Of a stretch of 64,000 bases of DNA, positions 9,131-19,100 are shown piece after piece; positions within the stretch are counted from its first letter, which is position 1; each line of letters starts with the position of its first letter. Origin of the DNA: Puniceicoccales bacterium (GTDB taxonomy: Bacteria; Verrucomicrobiota; Verrucomicrobiia; Opitutales; UBA9783); the NCBI GenBank assembly GCA_031278975.1, contig JAITJL010000001.1, forward strand, positions 21,680 through 85,679, read 5' to 3'. Made by a program: the position numbers and the translations under genes. The notes beneath the pieces are model-generated. The model searched no databases. It was not told the origin of the DNA and saw only the letters and a program-made list of their open reading frames with translations.

Positions 9131-10708
9131 ATGCAAATCAAACATGTTAAACTCGGATTATTGGGATTGCTTGCTTCGCAAGTGGCCGCATTGGCTACAC
9201 CTGCAGACCCCAATGGCCCACTGGTGCAAATTATTGATGGCAAAAGACAAGTGCATCCATTGTTTACACCAGAATTTGTAAAAGAGCTACACTTATTAAA
9301 CAAGCGTAGTTACCGAATTACCCACCGAGGTGAGAACGCCTACGATTATACCCACCCTCACAAACTGAATTCCAACAGGCTGAATAAATTCTCTTACACT
9401 TCAGATATTCTCTCCAATCAAACGGATACTTGGTATTGCCATCGTCCATTTGTTGGGACACATGGTACAAACCGTTTAAGAGGAATCATAGGGTTTTTCC
9501 CACACGCTCACGGTGTTGAAGTGGACTATCCAGGATTTGTTGCCGTTCGACAAGCAACCGATGATGTACCTCCCGTAATAGCGATCGTTTTTCGAGGGTC
9601 TCAGTCGCGCAACTTTCAACCTCTCCACGGTATATTGGGCCCCAGTTGGTTAACCAATTTCTCTGCGATCAAGATGGATTATCCAGAAACTTTAGGTCTC
9701 AATGCAACTTTCCACAGAGGATTTTTGGAAAAGTACTTGGCGGCTCGGCAAAGTATTTTCGGAGACATCAATGACTGTATTCGTCTGATTCCCATTGAAC
9801 AACGACAAGACATCCGCTTTATTATCACAGGGCACAGTCAAGGAGCAGGTATCTGCTTACCCGCAGCTCTCGATATAGTCCATACATTTGGTCCACAAAT
9901 CTTTGGTGAGGCCTTCAACAACATTGAAACTCCTAGATTCTTTGTTTACGCACTATCTGGACCCAATTCTGTGGGCAGCAGCAGCACCAAGCGGTTGTTC
10001 AATGACGTGGTAGGTCGCGACAACGTCATTCGACATTCTAGTATTCTCGATATTGTGACTTATCTTTGCCTTGGTAAACACTATGATCGCTGGCTTTACA
10101 ATGCCATCTTACGTGTAACCGTAGGGATACAAGCTGGGTATACACCTGTCGGACATCTGGCCATTGATGACCTTGCAAATCTCTTACAAAAGGGTTTTGC
10201 ATTTAACAACCAAGTGGATAATCTACGCAACTTTGAAACCATATCTCGCTATTGCTTCAAAGGCTACCACGAAGCCATGCTCACTTATCAACACGGCGCG
10301 TTTCTCAGTTTCTGCTATAAAGGGATTGCAACGTATCACTTCTTGCGAGGAAGTCATGCCATGGGAGGGCTTGTGAATTTCATTGCCATCAATCACTACG
10401 GCAGTCTAAATGCATCTCAGGTGAATCCTACCGAATGTCCAGAAGAAGCCATCGACGATGCGGACAATCATTCCTACTCTTTTGATCCACGGTTACCCGA
10501 ATGTTCGCTGGATAACTGTTTAGAAAGAGGTGCAAACCATAGGGATTTAAGTCTAGGTATGCGTACCTATGTCGATCCAAGTCAGGTCTTTACATCCGTA
10601 CCCGCTGGTTTTGATAGGATAACACTTGACGAAGATTTTAATTTTGAAGCCTTATTTTTGTCAGGACCCAACGCTTATGAAAGCGATGATGAAGACATTG
10701 AAGAGTAG
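9131..10708 (+). CDS. Secreted class-3 lipase / alpha-beta hydrolase
   Basis: Signal peptide MQIKHVKLGLLGLLASQVAALATP. Lipase_3-like VIAIVFRGSQS block and nucleophile elbow ITGHSQGAG. Acidic C-terminal tail YESDDEDIEE. Confidence 0.65.
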   Translation: MQIKHVKLGLLGLLASQVAALATPADPNGPLVQIIDGKRQVHPLFTPEFVKELHLLNKRSYRITHRGENAYDYTHPHKLNSNRLNKFSYTSDILSNQTDTWYCHRPFVGTHGTNRLRGIIGFFPHAHGVEVDYPGFVAVRQATDDVPPVIAIVFRGSQSRNFQPLHGILGPSWLTNFSAIKMDYPETLGLNATFHRGFLEKYLAARQSIFGDINDCIRLIPIEQRQDIRFIITGHSQGAGICLPAALDIVHTFGPQIFGEAFNNIETPRFFVYALSGPNSVGSSSTKRLFNDVVGRDNVIRHSSILDIVTYLCLGKHYDRWLYNAILRVTVGIQAGYTPVGHLAIDDLANLLQKGFAFNNQVDNLRNFETISRYCFKGYHEAMLTYQHGAFLSFCYKGIATYHFLRGSHAMGGLVNFIAINHYGSLNASQVNPTECPEEAIDDADNHSYSFDPRLPECSLDNCLERGANHRDLSLGMRTYVDPSQVFTSVPAGFDRITLDEDFNFEALFLSGPNAYESDDEDIEE

Positions 10709-10719
10709 TTAAAACACAA

Positions 10720-10751
10720 TGAGGCGAATTACACCCTTGTAATTCGCCTCA
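10720..10751 (+). terminator. Perfect 14-bp stem / 4-nt loop hairpin directly after the lipase stop codon
   Basis: tgaggcgaattaca-ccct-tgtaattcgcctca, followed by ctatttcatt. It lies 12 nt after the TAG at 10706-10708. Confidence 0.55.
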
Positions 10752-10890
10752 CTATTTCATTCCATGGGCACCTTAGTTAAAATGTCCAATAAATGTTCCA
10801 TAGCCTGCCGTGCCACTCAATGTTTTTGCGTAACCATAAAAACGCAGATAAACGTTGCAAAAAATAAGCCTAAAACCTTTATTTTAACTT

Positions 10891-11901
10891 ATGCAAACGT
10901 GGCAATTTGTACAGGACTACTTCAATTCAGCGTTACATGGATGGCAAATGCAACAAAGTCTGATTGCATGGGCATTCATTTTTCTCGTAGGCTTTTGCCT
11001 AATTACTTATATTTTTAGGCGCTTAGAGAAAATTAATTTTTTTCAAATCATTCCGTCCAATGATCGTTTAGAACGCATATATTTTATAAAATCCAGATGC
11101 TTTTTACTGTGGTTATTTTTTTCTTTACTGCAATGGAGTGAATGCGCAGGCCTGAATTGTTTTTCAAAACTATTGCGTGGTAGCTCAAGTTTTTGTTTCT
11201 TTTTATTTCTAGGGGAATGCGGCGGGTTAAGCATATTGCTGTTTTTAAAGCAGTTTTCTTCGAAAAATCTCTCAATTTGGGAAAATTTTTTCGTAACGGC
11301 ACAAAAATTGTTGTGGATGGGGTGCGTGATCATTGGCATCATCGTAACGGCCAACAACTTAGGCTACGCCTTGGGAGGACTTTTAACCACCTTAGGTATA
11401 GGTGGAGCCGCCATTGCTCTCGCTTCGCGAGATACGTTTGCTAACCTTTGGGGAACCATTTCCATTTTATTTGACCAACCCTTTAAAGTGGGCGATTGGA
11501 TTGTCGTCGGCGCTAAAGTCTCAGGACAGGTTCAAAGTATTGGACTACGTTCCACACGCCTGATAACGAAAGACGATACTTGTATTTCTATCCCGAATAA
11601 TGTACTCGTTAACGAATGGATTGACAATTGGTCCGATTTCTCAAATTTACATGTTCAGCAGACTTTTCGACTCAATGTCTCCATGTCGGTCGACCAATCT
11701 AGCGACTTTTTACTGAAGGCACGTCAATTTTTGTCCGAGTACAAAAGAGTTGAAAATGCACACCTTTACATCACAGACAATGTAGATGGTACCAACAATG
11801 CCTCCCTAGCTTACATTTTAAAGAATACGAATACGCAAGACGTTCAAAACGTGCAGGAACACATTCAATCCGTTTTAAGATCCTTGTGTTCACATGCGTA
11901 G
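10891..11901 (+). CDS. Mechanosensitive ion channel (MscS family)
   Basis: N-terminal TM helices followed by the MscS core LASRDTFANLWGTISILFDQPFKVGDWIVVGAKVSGQVQSIGLRSTRLITKDDTCISIPNNVL. The exact start codon is uncertain. Confidence 0.8.
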   Translation: MQTWQFVQDYFNSALHGWQMQQSLIAWAFIFLVGFCLITYIFRRLEKINFFQIIPSNDRLERIYFIKSRCFLLWLFFSLLQWSECAGLNCFSKLLRGSSSFCFFLFLGECGGLSILLFLKQFSSKNLSIWENFFVTAQKLLWMGCVIIGIIVTANNLGYALGGLLTTLGIGGAAIALASRDTFANLWGTISILFDQPFKVGDWIVVGAKVSGQVQSIGLRSTRLITKDDTCISIPNNVLVNEWIDNWSDFSNLHVQQTFRLNVSMSVDQSSDFLLKARQFLSEYKRVENAHLYITDNVDGTNNASLAYILKNTNTQDVQNVQEHIQSVLRSLCSHA

Positions 11902-11992
11902 GTACGTATTCGTGCAACGTTGCTACATTCACTAAAATACCTTTATGCTTTGGGGCATATTTTTATTTTTAACGCATACGCACTTTATATAT

Positions 11993-12817
11993 TTACTCGA
12001 CAACGACACCTTCAATATTTGTTGGTAGGGGCCATTTACCGGTTCTAGAAAACGCTTCCCATTTGTCTCTGACGACTTTTTTTGACCAAGTATCCGCACG
12101 AGGTAAATTTTCAAACCCAGTGTAATGAATACCCACGAAATCTATGCCCAACTCTTTGCACAGCTGTCCTACCGACGATACATTTTCTTCCAGATCATCC
12201 ACAAAAAAAATTCTTTCGGGTACGCGATTCAAACGTTTAAGCAGGACGCCTAGACATCGACCTTTACTAAAATTATGCGTCAGTAGAACACCATTTTTAT
12301 AAGCAGGCGCGTATATCCATTTTTCTTTAGACACTTCTAATTCGTCTTCCTGCAAAATCTCTTCAAGCTGGACTTCTGCATAACCTCCAAAAGCCGAACT
12401 AAAATCAATACCTAACTTTTTTAATTGATCTATGCGCCATTGAACAAAATCTTTACCTTCCAGGCTACATACAATTAGAAAGGTTAGAGCCATGTTACAA
12501 ATATTGCGAGCCTGCAAATCTCGAATCGTCTCGGATACGCTTGGATCCATCAAAGTAAACGGCAAGGAACGCCACACGTGATACCAGCGATTTTGCACCC
12601 ATTGTCTATCCTGGACGCCATCTTTCTTTGTGGATCCCAAGCATTCCACACAAAAATCATGCGCGTCTAATTTTAAATATTGCGGATAAAAAACAACATC
12701 GTTTGAATATATCAAAGTTCCGTCCACATCCCAAACAAATAAAGTTTGTGCATCGAAATTTTCACTTAATTTTCGAATCGTAGACCAATAAGCTGTCCGA
12801 ATAATCGTGTACTTCAT
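11993..12817 (-). CDS. HAD-superfamily hydrolase-like protein
   Basis: Motif I FVWDVDGTL (DxDxT) near the N-terminus and motif IV-like IFFVDDLEEN near the C-terminus. Confidence 0.5.
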   Translation of the reverse strand: MKYTIIRTAYWSTIRKLSENFDAQTLFVWDVDGTLIYSNDVVFYPQYLKLDAHDFCVECLGSTKKDGVQDRQWVQNRWYHVWRSLPFTLMDPSVSETIRDLQARNICNMALTFLIVCSLEGKDFVQWRIDQLKKLGIDFSSAFGGYAEVQLEEILQEDELEVSKEKWIYAPAYKNGVLLTHNFSKGRCLGVLLKRLNRVPERIFFVDDLEENVSSVGQLCKELGIDFVGIHYTGFENLPRADTWSKKVVRDKWEAFSRTGKWPLPTNIEGVVVE

Positions 12818-13660
12818 TTAAAATCCTATTAATTTTATTCCCAAAGACTTTGCTTTTTCCGATGCTTGCGTTTGGCTTAAAATGAGCGTTTTCTCACCTT
12901 CTAAGGCTGCCCAAACAATACCTGCCTGCTTCATTTTTTCTAAAGTTCTCAATCCGAATACAGGGACATCAAAGCGAAAATCTTGCTTATTTTTTGCCAA
13001 TTTAATGAACCCCATGGGTTTTTGACAAAGTGTACCCGCACGTTCCAACATGGCGTCCGTACCTTCAAAAGCTTCCACCGCAACAATGGTTCCTTGGCAT
13101 ATAATCAGCCCCTGACCAACATCTAGGGAAGACAAAGTTTTTGCCACGAAGATACCCTGTTGTAAATCGTGCTCCGAAATTTCAACGGCCCTATCACCCA
13201 ATACGATTCCTTTGTCAATTAATTGGTCATCGAGAAAACTTCTTGCATCCAATACGGTAATACCTAATTTTTCAATTTCATGTACAATGCTCCCAAAAAT
13301 AGTGGATGCATTTTTTTCTTTCAGTCTGGCCAACAACCAAACAGCCATCAAATCCAGTTTTAATCCATGAAATAGTTTACTTGGATTAATCTGTCCCGCC
13401 AAAAAAACATAACGTGCCCCTACCTGTTTAAGTATTTTTAGCAATTTACCGATCTGGCCTACATTGAGCGATATCTTTTGAGGTTCCGGAATTTCATTTA
13501 TCCAGCTCTCTGCATCTCCTTCGAACGCAATAATACAAGCGTTTAAACGATGATTAAGGAAACGATGCCAAACAAGTTTTGGATAATCCCCTTTCCCGAC
13601 TAATAAAACTACTTTACCGGTTGGGTCAAAATCTTCAGGTAAAAATTTCGATAAACGCAT
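12818..13660 (-). CDS. lpxI: UDP-2,3-diacylglucosamine pyrophosphatase LpxI (DUF1009)
   Basis: 280 aa. LDVGQGLIICQGTIVAVEAFEGTDAMLERAG and KNKQDFRFDVPVFGLRT closely match the Caulobacter LpxI blocks (LDIGQGAVV...AVEAQEGTDAMLRR; RVDLPTIG) as I recall them. Confidence 0.8.
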   Translation of the reverse strand: MRLSKFLPEDFDPTGKVVLLVGKGDYPKLVWHRFLNHRLNACIIAFEGDAESWINEIPEPQKISLNVGQIGKLLKILKQVGARYVFLAGQINPSKLFHGLKLDLMAVWLLARLKEKNASTIFGSIVHEIEKLGITVLDARSFLDDQLIDKGIVLGDRAVEISEHDLQQGIFVAKTLSSLDVGQGLIICQGTIVAVEAFEGTDAMLERAGTLCQKPMGFIKLAKNKQDFRFDVPVFGLRTLEKMKQAGIVWAALEGEKTLILSQTQASEKAKSLGIKLIGF

Positions 13661-16234
13661 TCAACGTACAACTAGGTTTATTAATTTATGAGGCACGTAA
13701 ATTTCTCTGACGCAAGTTCCTCGCTCCAAATAAGGAAGGACTTTCGGTGCTCTTTTTGCCATTTGGATTATTTGATTTTGGGTATCGTCTGCATTAACCA
13801 AAATTTCATCGCGCACTTTGCCATTTACCTGCACAACCATTTTTATTTGCGATTGAACCCATTTATTTTCCGATAAAGATGGCCATTGAGCTTCCGAAAT
13901 ACTTTTACCTTCCCCCAAGCGTACCCAAAGTTCCTCGGCTATATGCGGTGCAAAAGGTGCCAGTAATTGCAAAAATTTTTGGGCCGTCTGCCGAGAAATA
14001 AATGCTGCCTTTTGCACACCATTGATAAAGATCATGAGTTGCGAAATAGCCGTATTAAAGTGCAAATGCTCGATGTCTTCGCTCGTTTTTTCAATGGTTT
14101 CATCCAGCAAACACTGTATTTCCTTGGAGTCTTCTTGATCACAAATTTTCTTGGAAATCTGACCTTCCGTATCCACGTATATGCGCCAAATTTTTTTCAG
14201 GAATCGGTGTACCCCTTCAATGTTTTGTACGCTCCACGGTTTCGAAGTTTCCAGGGGCCCTAAAAACATTTCGTATAGACGTAAGGTATCCGCACCGTAT
14301 TGGGCAACAATGGTATCTGGGTTTACGACATTTCTTCTGCTTTTAGACATCTTATTACCGTCCGTTCCAAGAATAACACCCGGATGAAACAATTTTGGAA
14401 AGGGCTCTTTTGTATTCAAAACCCCTGTATCAAATAAAAATCGATGCCAAAAACGTGCGTACAGTAAATGCAGCACCGCGTGTTCGGCTCCACCTATGTA
14501 AAAATCAGGTACCCCCCAATAAGATTCTGCTTGCTTATTGACAAGAGTATTTTCCTCATGCGGTGATAAATAGCGTAGATGATACCAACAGGATCCCGCC
14601 CACTGGGGCATCGTGTTGATTTCTCTTGTACCTTCAATCCATGCATCATCCAATTGACCGTCGGCAGAGGCTACTTCACCCGTTTGAACGTTCATCTTCA
14701 CGTTTAACCAAGATCTATGCGCATTTTGTAAAGGTATTGGAGCTTCTCTGGTGGGTTTAAAAGAAGATACATCGGGCAATTGCACTGGCAAATGGGCAGT
14801 CGTTAGAGGTAACGCGCACCATGTTTCTTCTCGCTCCTGATAACTGACCGGTTCTTGAGGTAAAAATTCCTTAAACGGACTATTTTTACAACCAACGATG
14901 CGATGATAATCCACCTGCTTGACCCATACAATGGGGAAAGGTTCACCCCAATAACGCTGCCTGGAGAATAACCAATCATGCAGCTTATACTGTACGGTCT
15001 TTTTGCCCCGACCGATTTTTTCCAGATGTTCTAAAATTTTGTTCTGGGCTTCCTGCGAAGTCAAACCACTAAAGTCACCCGAATGAATCAGCGTACCTTC
15101 ATCGCAAAAAGGTAACGCTTCCATCCCTTTTCCCAAACGTAATACGGGTTTGATCTCCAAAAGATACGTCTGTGCGAATTCGAAATCTCTTTCGTCGTGG
15201 GCCGGTACACCCATGATGGACCCGGTCCCGTGATAAGGCAGTACGTAGTCCGCGATCCAAACGGGAATGCGCGTACCCGTTAACGGATTCAAAACGTATC
15301 TACCCGTAAAGATACCCGATTTACCTTCTGACAGGTCGGTACGCTCCAAATCGCTTTTGGAAGTTACCGACGTACGGTAAGCTTGAATTTCGGCTCGGCG
15401 ATCGTCGGTGGTTAAAAAGTCCACATCCGGATGTTCCGGTGCCAAAGCAATAAATGAAACACCGCAAATCGTATCAGGCCGCGTTGTAAATACTGCCACA
15501 CTGCGGTCGCTTCCTTCTATAGGAAATTCGATGAGGGCACCTTCGGAACGCCCAATCCATAAGCTTTGCTGTCGCTTTGTCGCTTCTGGCCAATCCAAAT
15601 CTTTGAGTCCATCCAAAAGTTTATCGCCGTAACGTGTAATGCGTAGTACCCATTGACGTAATTGTCGGCGCTCTACAGGGAAATTGCCGCGTTCCGACTT
15701 GCCTCCTATCACCTCTTCGTTGGCCAATACAGTTTCCAGCATAGGACACCACCAGACGGGTTTTTCATCCACATAGGCTAACCCATGCTTAAATAGTTGT
15801 AAAAAAATCCACTGCGTCCAACGATAATAACTGGGCCATGTGGTGCTAATTTCACGATCCCAGTCGATGGCAAATCCCAACCTTTGTATCTGACTTCGAA
15901 AATTTTCGATATTTTTCTCCGTATTCATGGCAGGGTGTATACCCGTCGTAATTGCGTGCTGCTCTGCAGGTAATCCAAAAGCATCCCATCCCATCGGATG
16001 GAGTACGTTAAATCCCTTTGCCTTTTTATATCTTCCAAGAATATCTGAAGCCGTATAGCCTTCCGGATGTCCAATATGCAAACCTGTCCCTGAAGGATAA
16101 GGGAACATATCTAAAACGTAATACTTGGGAGCTCTTCCACCCTCTTGCGCTTTGAAAGTCTTTTGTTTCAACCAGAAATCTTGCCAATAATGTTCTATGG
16201 CTTGGAAATCATACTGCGAACATCGAACAACCAT
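13661..16234 (-). CDS. leuS: Leucyl-tRNA synthetase
   Basis: 857 aa. HIGH motif (PYPSGTGLHIGHPEGY), KMSKS motif (GNKMSKSRRNVV), and a CP1 editing-domain block (TTRPDTICGVSFIALAPEHP). Confidence 0.96.
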   Translation of the reverse strand: MVVRCSQYDFQAIEHYWQDFWLKQKTFKAQEGGRAPKYYVLDMFPYPSGTGLHIGHPEGYTASDILGRYKKAKGFNVLHPMGWDAFGLPAEQHAITTGIHPAMNTEKNIENFRSQIQRLGFAIDWDREISTTWPSYYRWTQWIFLQLFKHGLAYVDEKPVWWCPMLETVLANEEVIGGKSERGNFPVERRQLRQWVLRITRYGDKLLDGLKDLDWPEATKRQQSLWIGRSEGALIEFPIEGSDRSVAVFTTRPDTICGVSFIALAPEHPDVDFLTTDDRRAEIQAYRTSVTSKSDLERTDLSEGKSGIFTGRYVLNPLTGTRIPVWIADYVLPYHGTGSIMGVPAHDERDFEFAQTYLLEIKPVLRLGKGMEALPFCDEGTLIHSGDFSGLTSQEAQNKILEHLEKIGRGKKTVQYKLHDWLFSRQRYWGEPFPIVWVKQVDYHRIVGCKNSPFKEFLPQEPVSYQEREETWCALPLTTAHLPVQLPDVSSFKPTREAPIPLQNAHRSWLNVKMNVQTGEVASADGQLDDAWIEGTREINTMPQWAGSCWYHLRYLSPHEENTLVNKQAESYWGVPDFYIGGAEHAVLHLLYARFWHRFLFDTGVLNTKEPFPKLFHPGVILGTDGNKMSKSRRNVVNPDTIVAQYGADTLRLYEMFLGPLETSKPWSVQNIEGVHRFLKKIWRIYVDTEGQISKKICDQEDSKEIQCLLDETIEKTSEDIEHLHFNTAISQLMIFINGVQKAAFISRQTAQKFLQLLAPFAPHIAEELWVRLGEGKSISEAQWPSLSENKWVQSQIKMVVQVNGKVRDEILVNADDTQNQIIQMAKRAPKVLPYLERGTCVREIYVPHKLINLVVR

Positions 16235-16540
16235 TGAGTCAACTAATCAGATACATTTTCTTAAATCAATCTCTAAACATCATAAAAATGTAGACATATT
16301 TTTTCATCATAAATTGAATAGTCAACATCTTATGCACGATTCCGGGAGATGTAAAACGCACATGATTGTTACAAAAAATTGATGACTGCAGCTCAATTCA
16401 CCTCGTCGAGGGGCATCGAGATAGTTTGCACATGTCAACGTAATTTTGGTAATACATCTCGGCATATTGGTCAAGGAACGCTGTAAAATTACCCTAATAA
16501 AACATTGCTTGTTACCGCACGAAATGTAAAATTTTCCCTT

Positions 16541-16876
16541 ATGAATGAGTCAGCCATTATCATTACGGGAGTGCATTTGACGCTCACAGATGCAATGAAA
16601 AATATTGTTACCGAAAAGGTTTCTAAATTATTTAAACACGAGCCCTCCATCGTTCGTGTGCGTGTTGAATTGGTTCAGGATACAAGTAAAAAAGATCAGG
16701 GAGAATTTATGGCCAAAGGGCATATTCAAATCCAAGGACCCGATCTCGTGGTTGCCGTTCATTCAGAAAATTTGTACAAAGCGGTCGATGCCTTAGTTGA
16801 AAAATTACAACGAAAGATTAGACGTCGTTCGCGTTTATTAAAAGTCAGACGAAAGCAAAATCTAATGACTCAATAG
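16541..16876 (+). CDS. hpf: Ribosome hibernation promoting factor (HPF/RaiA family)
   Basis: An internal ATG of track ORF 16505..16876. IIITGVHLTLTDAMKNIVTEKVSKLFKH...VRVRVEL...AKGHIQIQGPDLVVAVHSENLYKAVDALVEKLQRKIRR is the S30AE/sigma-54 modulation protein fold pattern. Confidence 0.8.
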   Translation: MNESAIIITGVHLTLTDAMKNIVTEKVSKLFKHEPSIVRVRVELVQDTSKKDQGEFMAKGHIQIQGPDLVVAVHSENLYKAVDALVEKLQRKIRRRSRLLKVRRKQNLMTQ

Positions 16877-17064
16877 AGCTAACTAAAGTGAATGGTGCGG
16901 GTATAATAGTAGAGAGTAGGTTTTAAGGTGTTTCCGAAAAGTGATACTCGGCAACATGAATCCGTTTTAGACAAGGGTGACCGAGTTGTCAGATCATACT
17001 GGGTAGGTAGCGTTTACATTTGAAGGCCTTAAAAGTCTGTTGTTGAGCTGCGATACACCGAACG

Positions 17065-18027
17065 TTAATAGTTGGATACGTAGGCATTGCCCAGGGCATC
17101 TTCGAAATATAATTTTTTTTCCACGGGATCTATATCGCTCCAAATAACATTTAGGTGTGCATTGACAACATCGCCTATGTGAAAAACTTTTGAATTAATG
17201 ATCAGACAGCTGTCAAAACCTTTGTAGGCAATCCCTTGAATGTGTTGTTGGTAGAGCCAATCACGTATGGAAACGTTGTTACCCATACGAATATGGGGAG
17301 TCTCCTTTTCTTGATTTTTAAATAACGCATCCATGCGCTTCGAGAATTCTTGTCCCGTTTGCGATTCCACAAAATTCTCTTCCTGAGTATCAAAGCCGTC
17401 TCGTATCCATTCTTCATTTAAATGAGCAAACAGGTTATTTGAATCCAGAGGAAGATTATTGAGGTTGAGTTTGGGTTCTTGAGATTGTTTTTCGGATGAA
17501 TCCGTAGGCAATGCATGTTCGTGTTCTTCGTTGACTGCAATCGTTTTTTCAGCTGCGATTACTTTTTCAGTGGGTGGATTGAGTATTTCTCCAGGCGTAT
17601 TTTGTACATTGGAAGATTCGGTTGCCACATAAGCACCGACTTCACGATCTTCAAATATGGTCTCTAGAATTTCATTGGATGCGGTATCCGATAGGAATAT
17701 TTGATAATCGGAAGCGTTCGCGACATATGGGTTGTTCGAGATACCCAAATTACGCTTTTCACGGAGGTAGAAAAAAGTCAGGCCAAGACATGTCATTGAA
17801 AACATGCCTAAAAACATCCATGAAACATTTTTTCGATTGAGCATACTGCGTGCTTCCACAAAAGATGTCGCATTGGAATCATGGAGAGTATCCATCGATT
17901 CCAATTGCGGTAAAACTTCTGGGCCGACAAAAACTTTAGAGGCTTTTTTAGTTGTTTGAGATTTTTTTACGGAATTCTTGATTGTATTCATCGCAGAAGA
18001 TAAGTTCGTTTTGTTGGATTCCCACAA
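17065..18027 (-). CDS. Bitopic membrane protein with a GspB-like C-terminal domain (second copy)
   Basis: Single TM helix (VSWMFLGMFSMTCLGLTFFYL) and an acidic linker. The C-terminus IQGIAYKGFDSCLIINSKVFHIGDVVNAHLNVIWSDIDPVEKKLYFEDALGNAY resembles the GspB/T2SSB C-domain. The track start overlaps the upstream gene by 80 nt; internal ATGs at 17991 or 17895 are alternatives. Confidence 0.4.
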   Translation of the reverse strand: MWESNKTNLSSAMNTIKNSVKKSQTTKKASKVFVGPEVLPQLESMDTLHDSNATSFVEARSMLNRKNVSWMFLGMFSMTCLGLTFFYLREKRNLGISNNPYVANASDYQIFLSDTASNEILETIFEDREVGAYVATESSNVQNTPGEILNPPTEKVIAAEKTIAVNEEHEHALPTDSSEKQSQEPKLNLNNLPLDSNNLFAHLNEEWIRDGFDTQEENFVESQTGQEFSKRMDALFKNQEKETPHIRMGNNVSIRDWLYQQHIQGIAYKGFDSCLIINSKVFHIGDVVNAHLNVIWSDIDPVEKKLYFEDALGNAYVSNY

Positions 18028-19096
18028 ATTTTAGCTTGGGTGACTGTGAGACAAAAGTGTGCGGGTAATATACGTGTCCATTGAGGTTAACTTTGGATGC
18101 ATCCCCATCAATACGTACACTATAAATTTTAATCTGGTGTAACAACGCATAAATGGAATCCAGATGATCTTTGCTGCCCATTTTCTCTTTGGCATGTGGA
18201 TTCGTTTTTACTAGAGGCAGGATAGAAGTGGGACTCGGAGCAACACCTACATCGGATTGGACACCTTGGACCGAATGTAAATGCGTGTTGAGATATCCAT
18301 TAAGGAGTTGTTGTTGGGCTAATACGATAATTTTTGATGTCCCTTCAAATATAGATTCCGTATAATTTAAAAAGCTATGCCACATGGATGTTAACGTTTC
18401 CATTGGATACGCATTCAATGAAATCCAAGAACCTTGGCGGTAAAATTTTTCTAGTGAATTCCGATAGGCCACATACCGTGTGAAAGTTTTTAATGCATGC
18501 AATGTGGTTGATAATCTTTGGGTCACAAGGGGTTGTACTGATTGACAATGGGTGAAGAACTTCAAAAGCTTTGTTTTTATTTGCTCTGTTTTATACAAAT
18601 TCCATGGAGATGGGTCTTTAAGAATTTCTATTGGATGAGGCGATGTTCCTACAGTTTTGGTAAACAGGTTTTTAGACGATGGAATCGCTAGAGGCGATTG
18701 GGCTATTTCAATGACTCTCGAAAATCTACGAGGATTTGGAATTGAGAGGTTATTTGTATGGCTCTTGGTGCGTACTTTGCGAGAAACGTCGGGAGTTGTT
18801 GCAGGTAGTGGTTGAATTTGTGAGTGCGTAGAGTTTAATTCGATGGGTCGTGTGGTAATAGAAATTGTGCGTTTGGAGTCTTTTATGTTTGTAGCTGGTT
18901 TTGGAAAGTAATGATTGCATAGGAAATAGCCACTTAAGACGATGCATACCATGAACAGGATAAAACAAAAGAAGATACCAAGGCGTTTTCGAGACGAATA
19001 TTTAAGAGGTATTGTTCGATAAACGTAAGGATGATGTCTATCGAATAAGAATTGTTCGTATTGTGCATCCTGTAAATTCTTAAATAACCTACTCAT
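17948..19096 (-). CDS. GspB/ExeB-like bitopic membrane protein
   Basis: The N-terminus MSRLFKNLQDAQ resembles the GspB MSxLLxALxxA start. Has a single TM helix (LGIFFCFILFMVCIVLSGYFL). The C-terminus IKIYSVRIDGDASKVNLNGHVYYPHTFVSQSPKLKFVGIQQNELIFCDEYNQEF is GspB-C-like. It lies 4 nt downstream of the exeA-like gene. Confidence 0.45.
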   Translation of the reverse strand: MSRLFKNLQDAQYEQFLFDRHHPYVYRTIPLKYSSRKRLGIFFCFILFMVCIVLSGYFLCNHYFPKPATNIKDSKRTISITTRPIELNSTHSQIQPLPATTPDVSRKVRTKSHTNNLSIPNPRRFSRVIEIAQSPLAIPSSKNLFTKTVGTSPHPIEILKDPSPWNLYKTEQIKTKLLKFFTHCQSVQPLVTQRLSTTLHALKTFTRYVAYRNSLEKFYRQGSWISLNAYPMETLTSMWHSFLNYTESIFEGTSKIIVLAQQQLLNGYLNTHLHSVQGVQSDVGVAPSPTSILPLVKTNPHAKEKMGSKDHLDSIYALLHQIKIYSVRIDGDASKVNLNGHVYYPHTFVSQSPKLKFVGIQQNELIFCDEYNQEFRKKISNN

Positions 19097-19100
19097 AGAA

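Noticed and set aside
16877-17064. The 188-bp spacer after hpf contains small hairpins (e.g. ccga-aaagtgatac-tcgg). It was considered as an sRNA, 6S RNA or SRP RNA locus.
   Set aside because: I could identify no conserved motif of 4.5S, 6S, tmRNA or RNase P RNA by eye. Without covariance-model or expression data this is not supportable.
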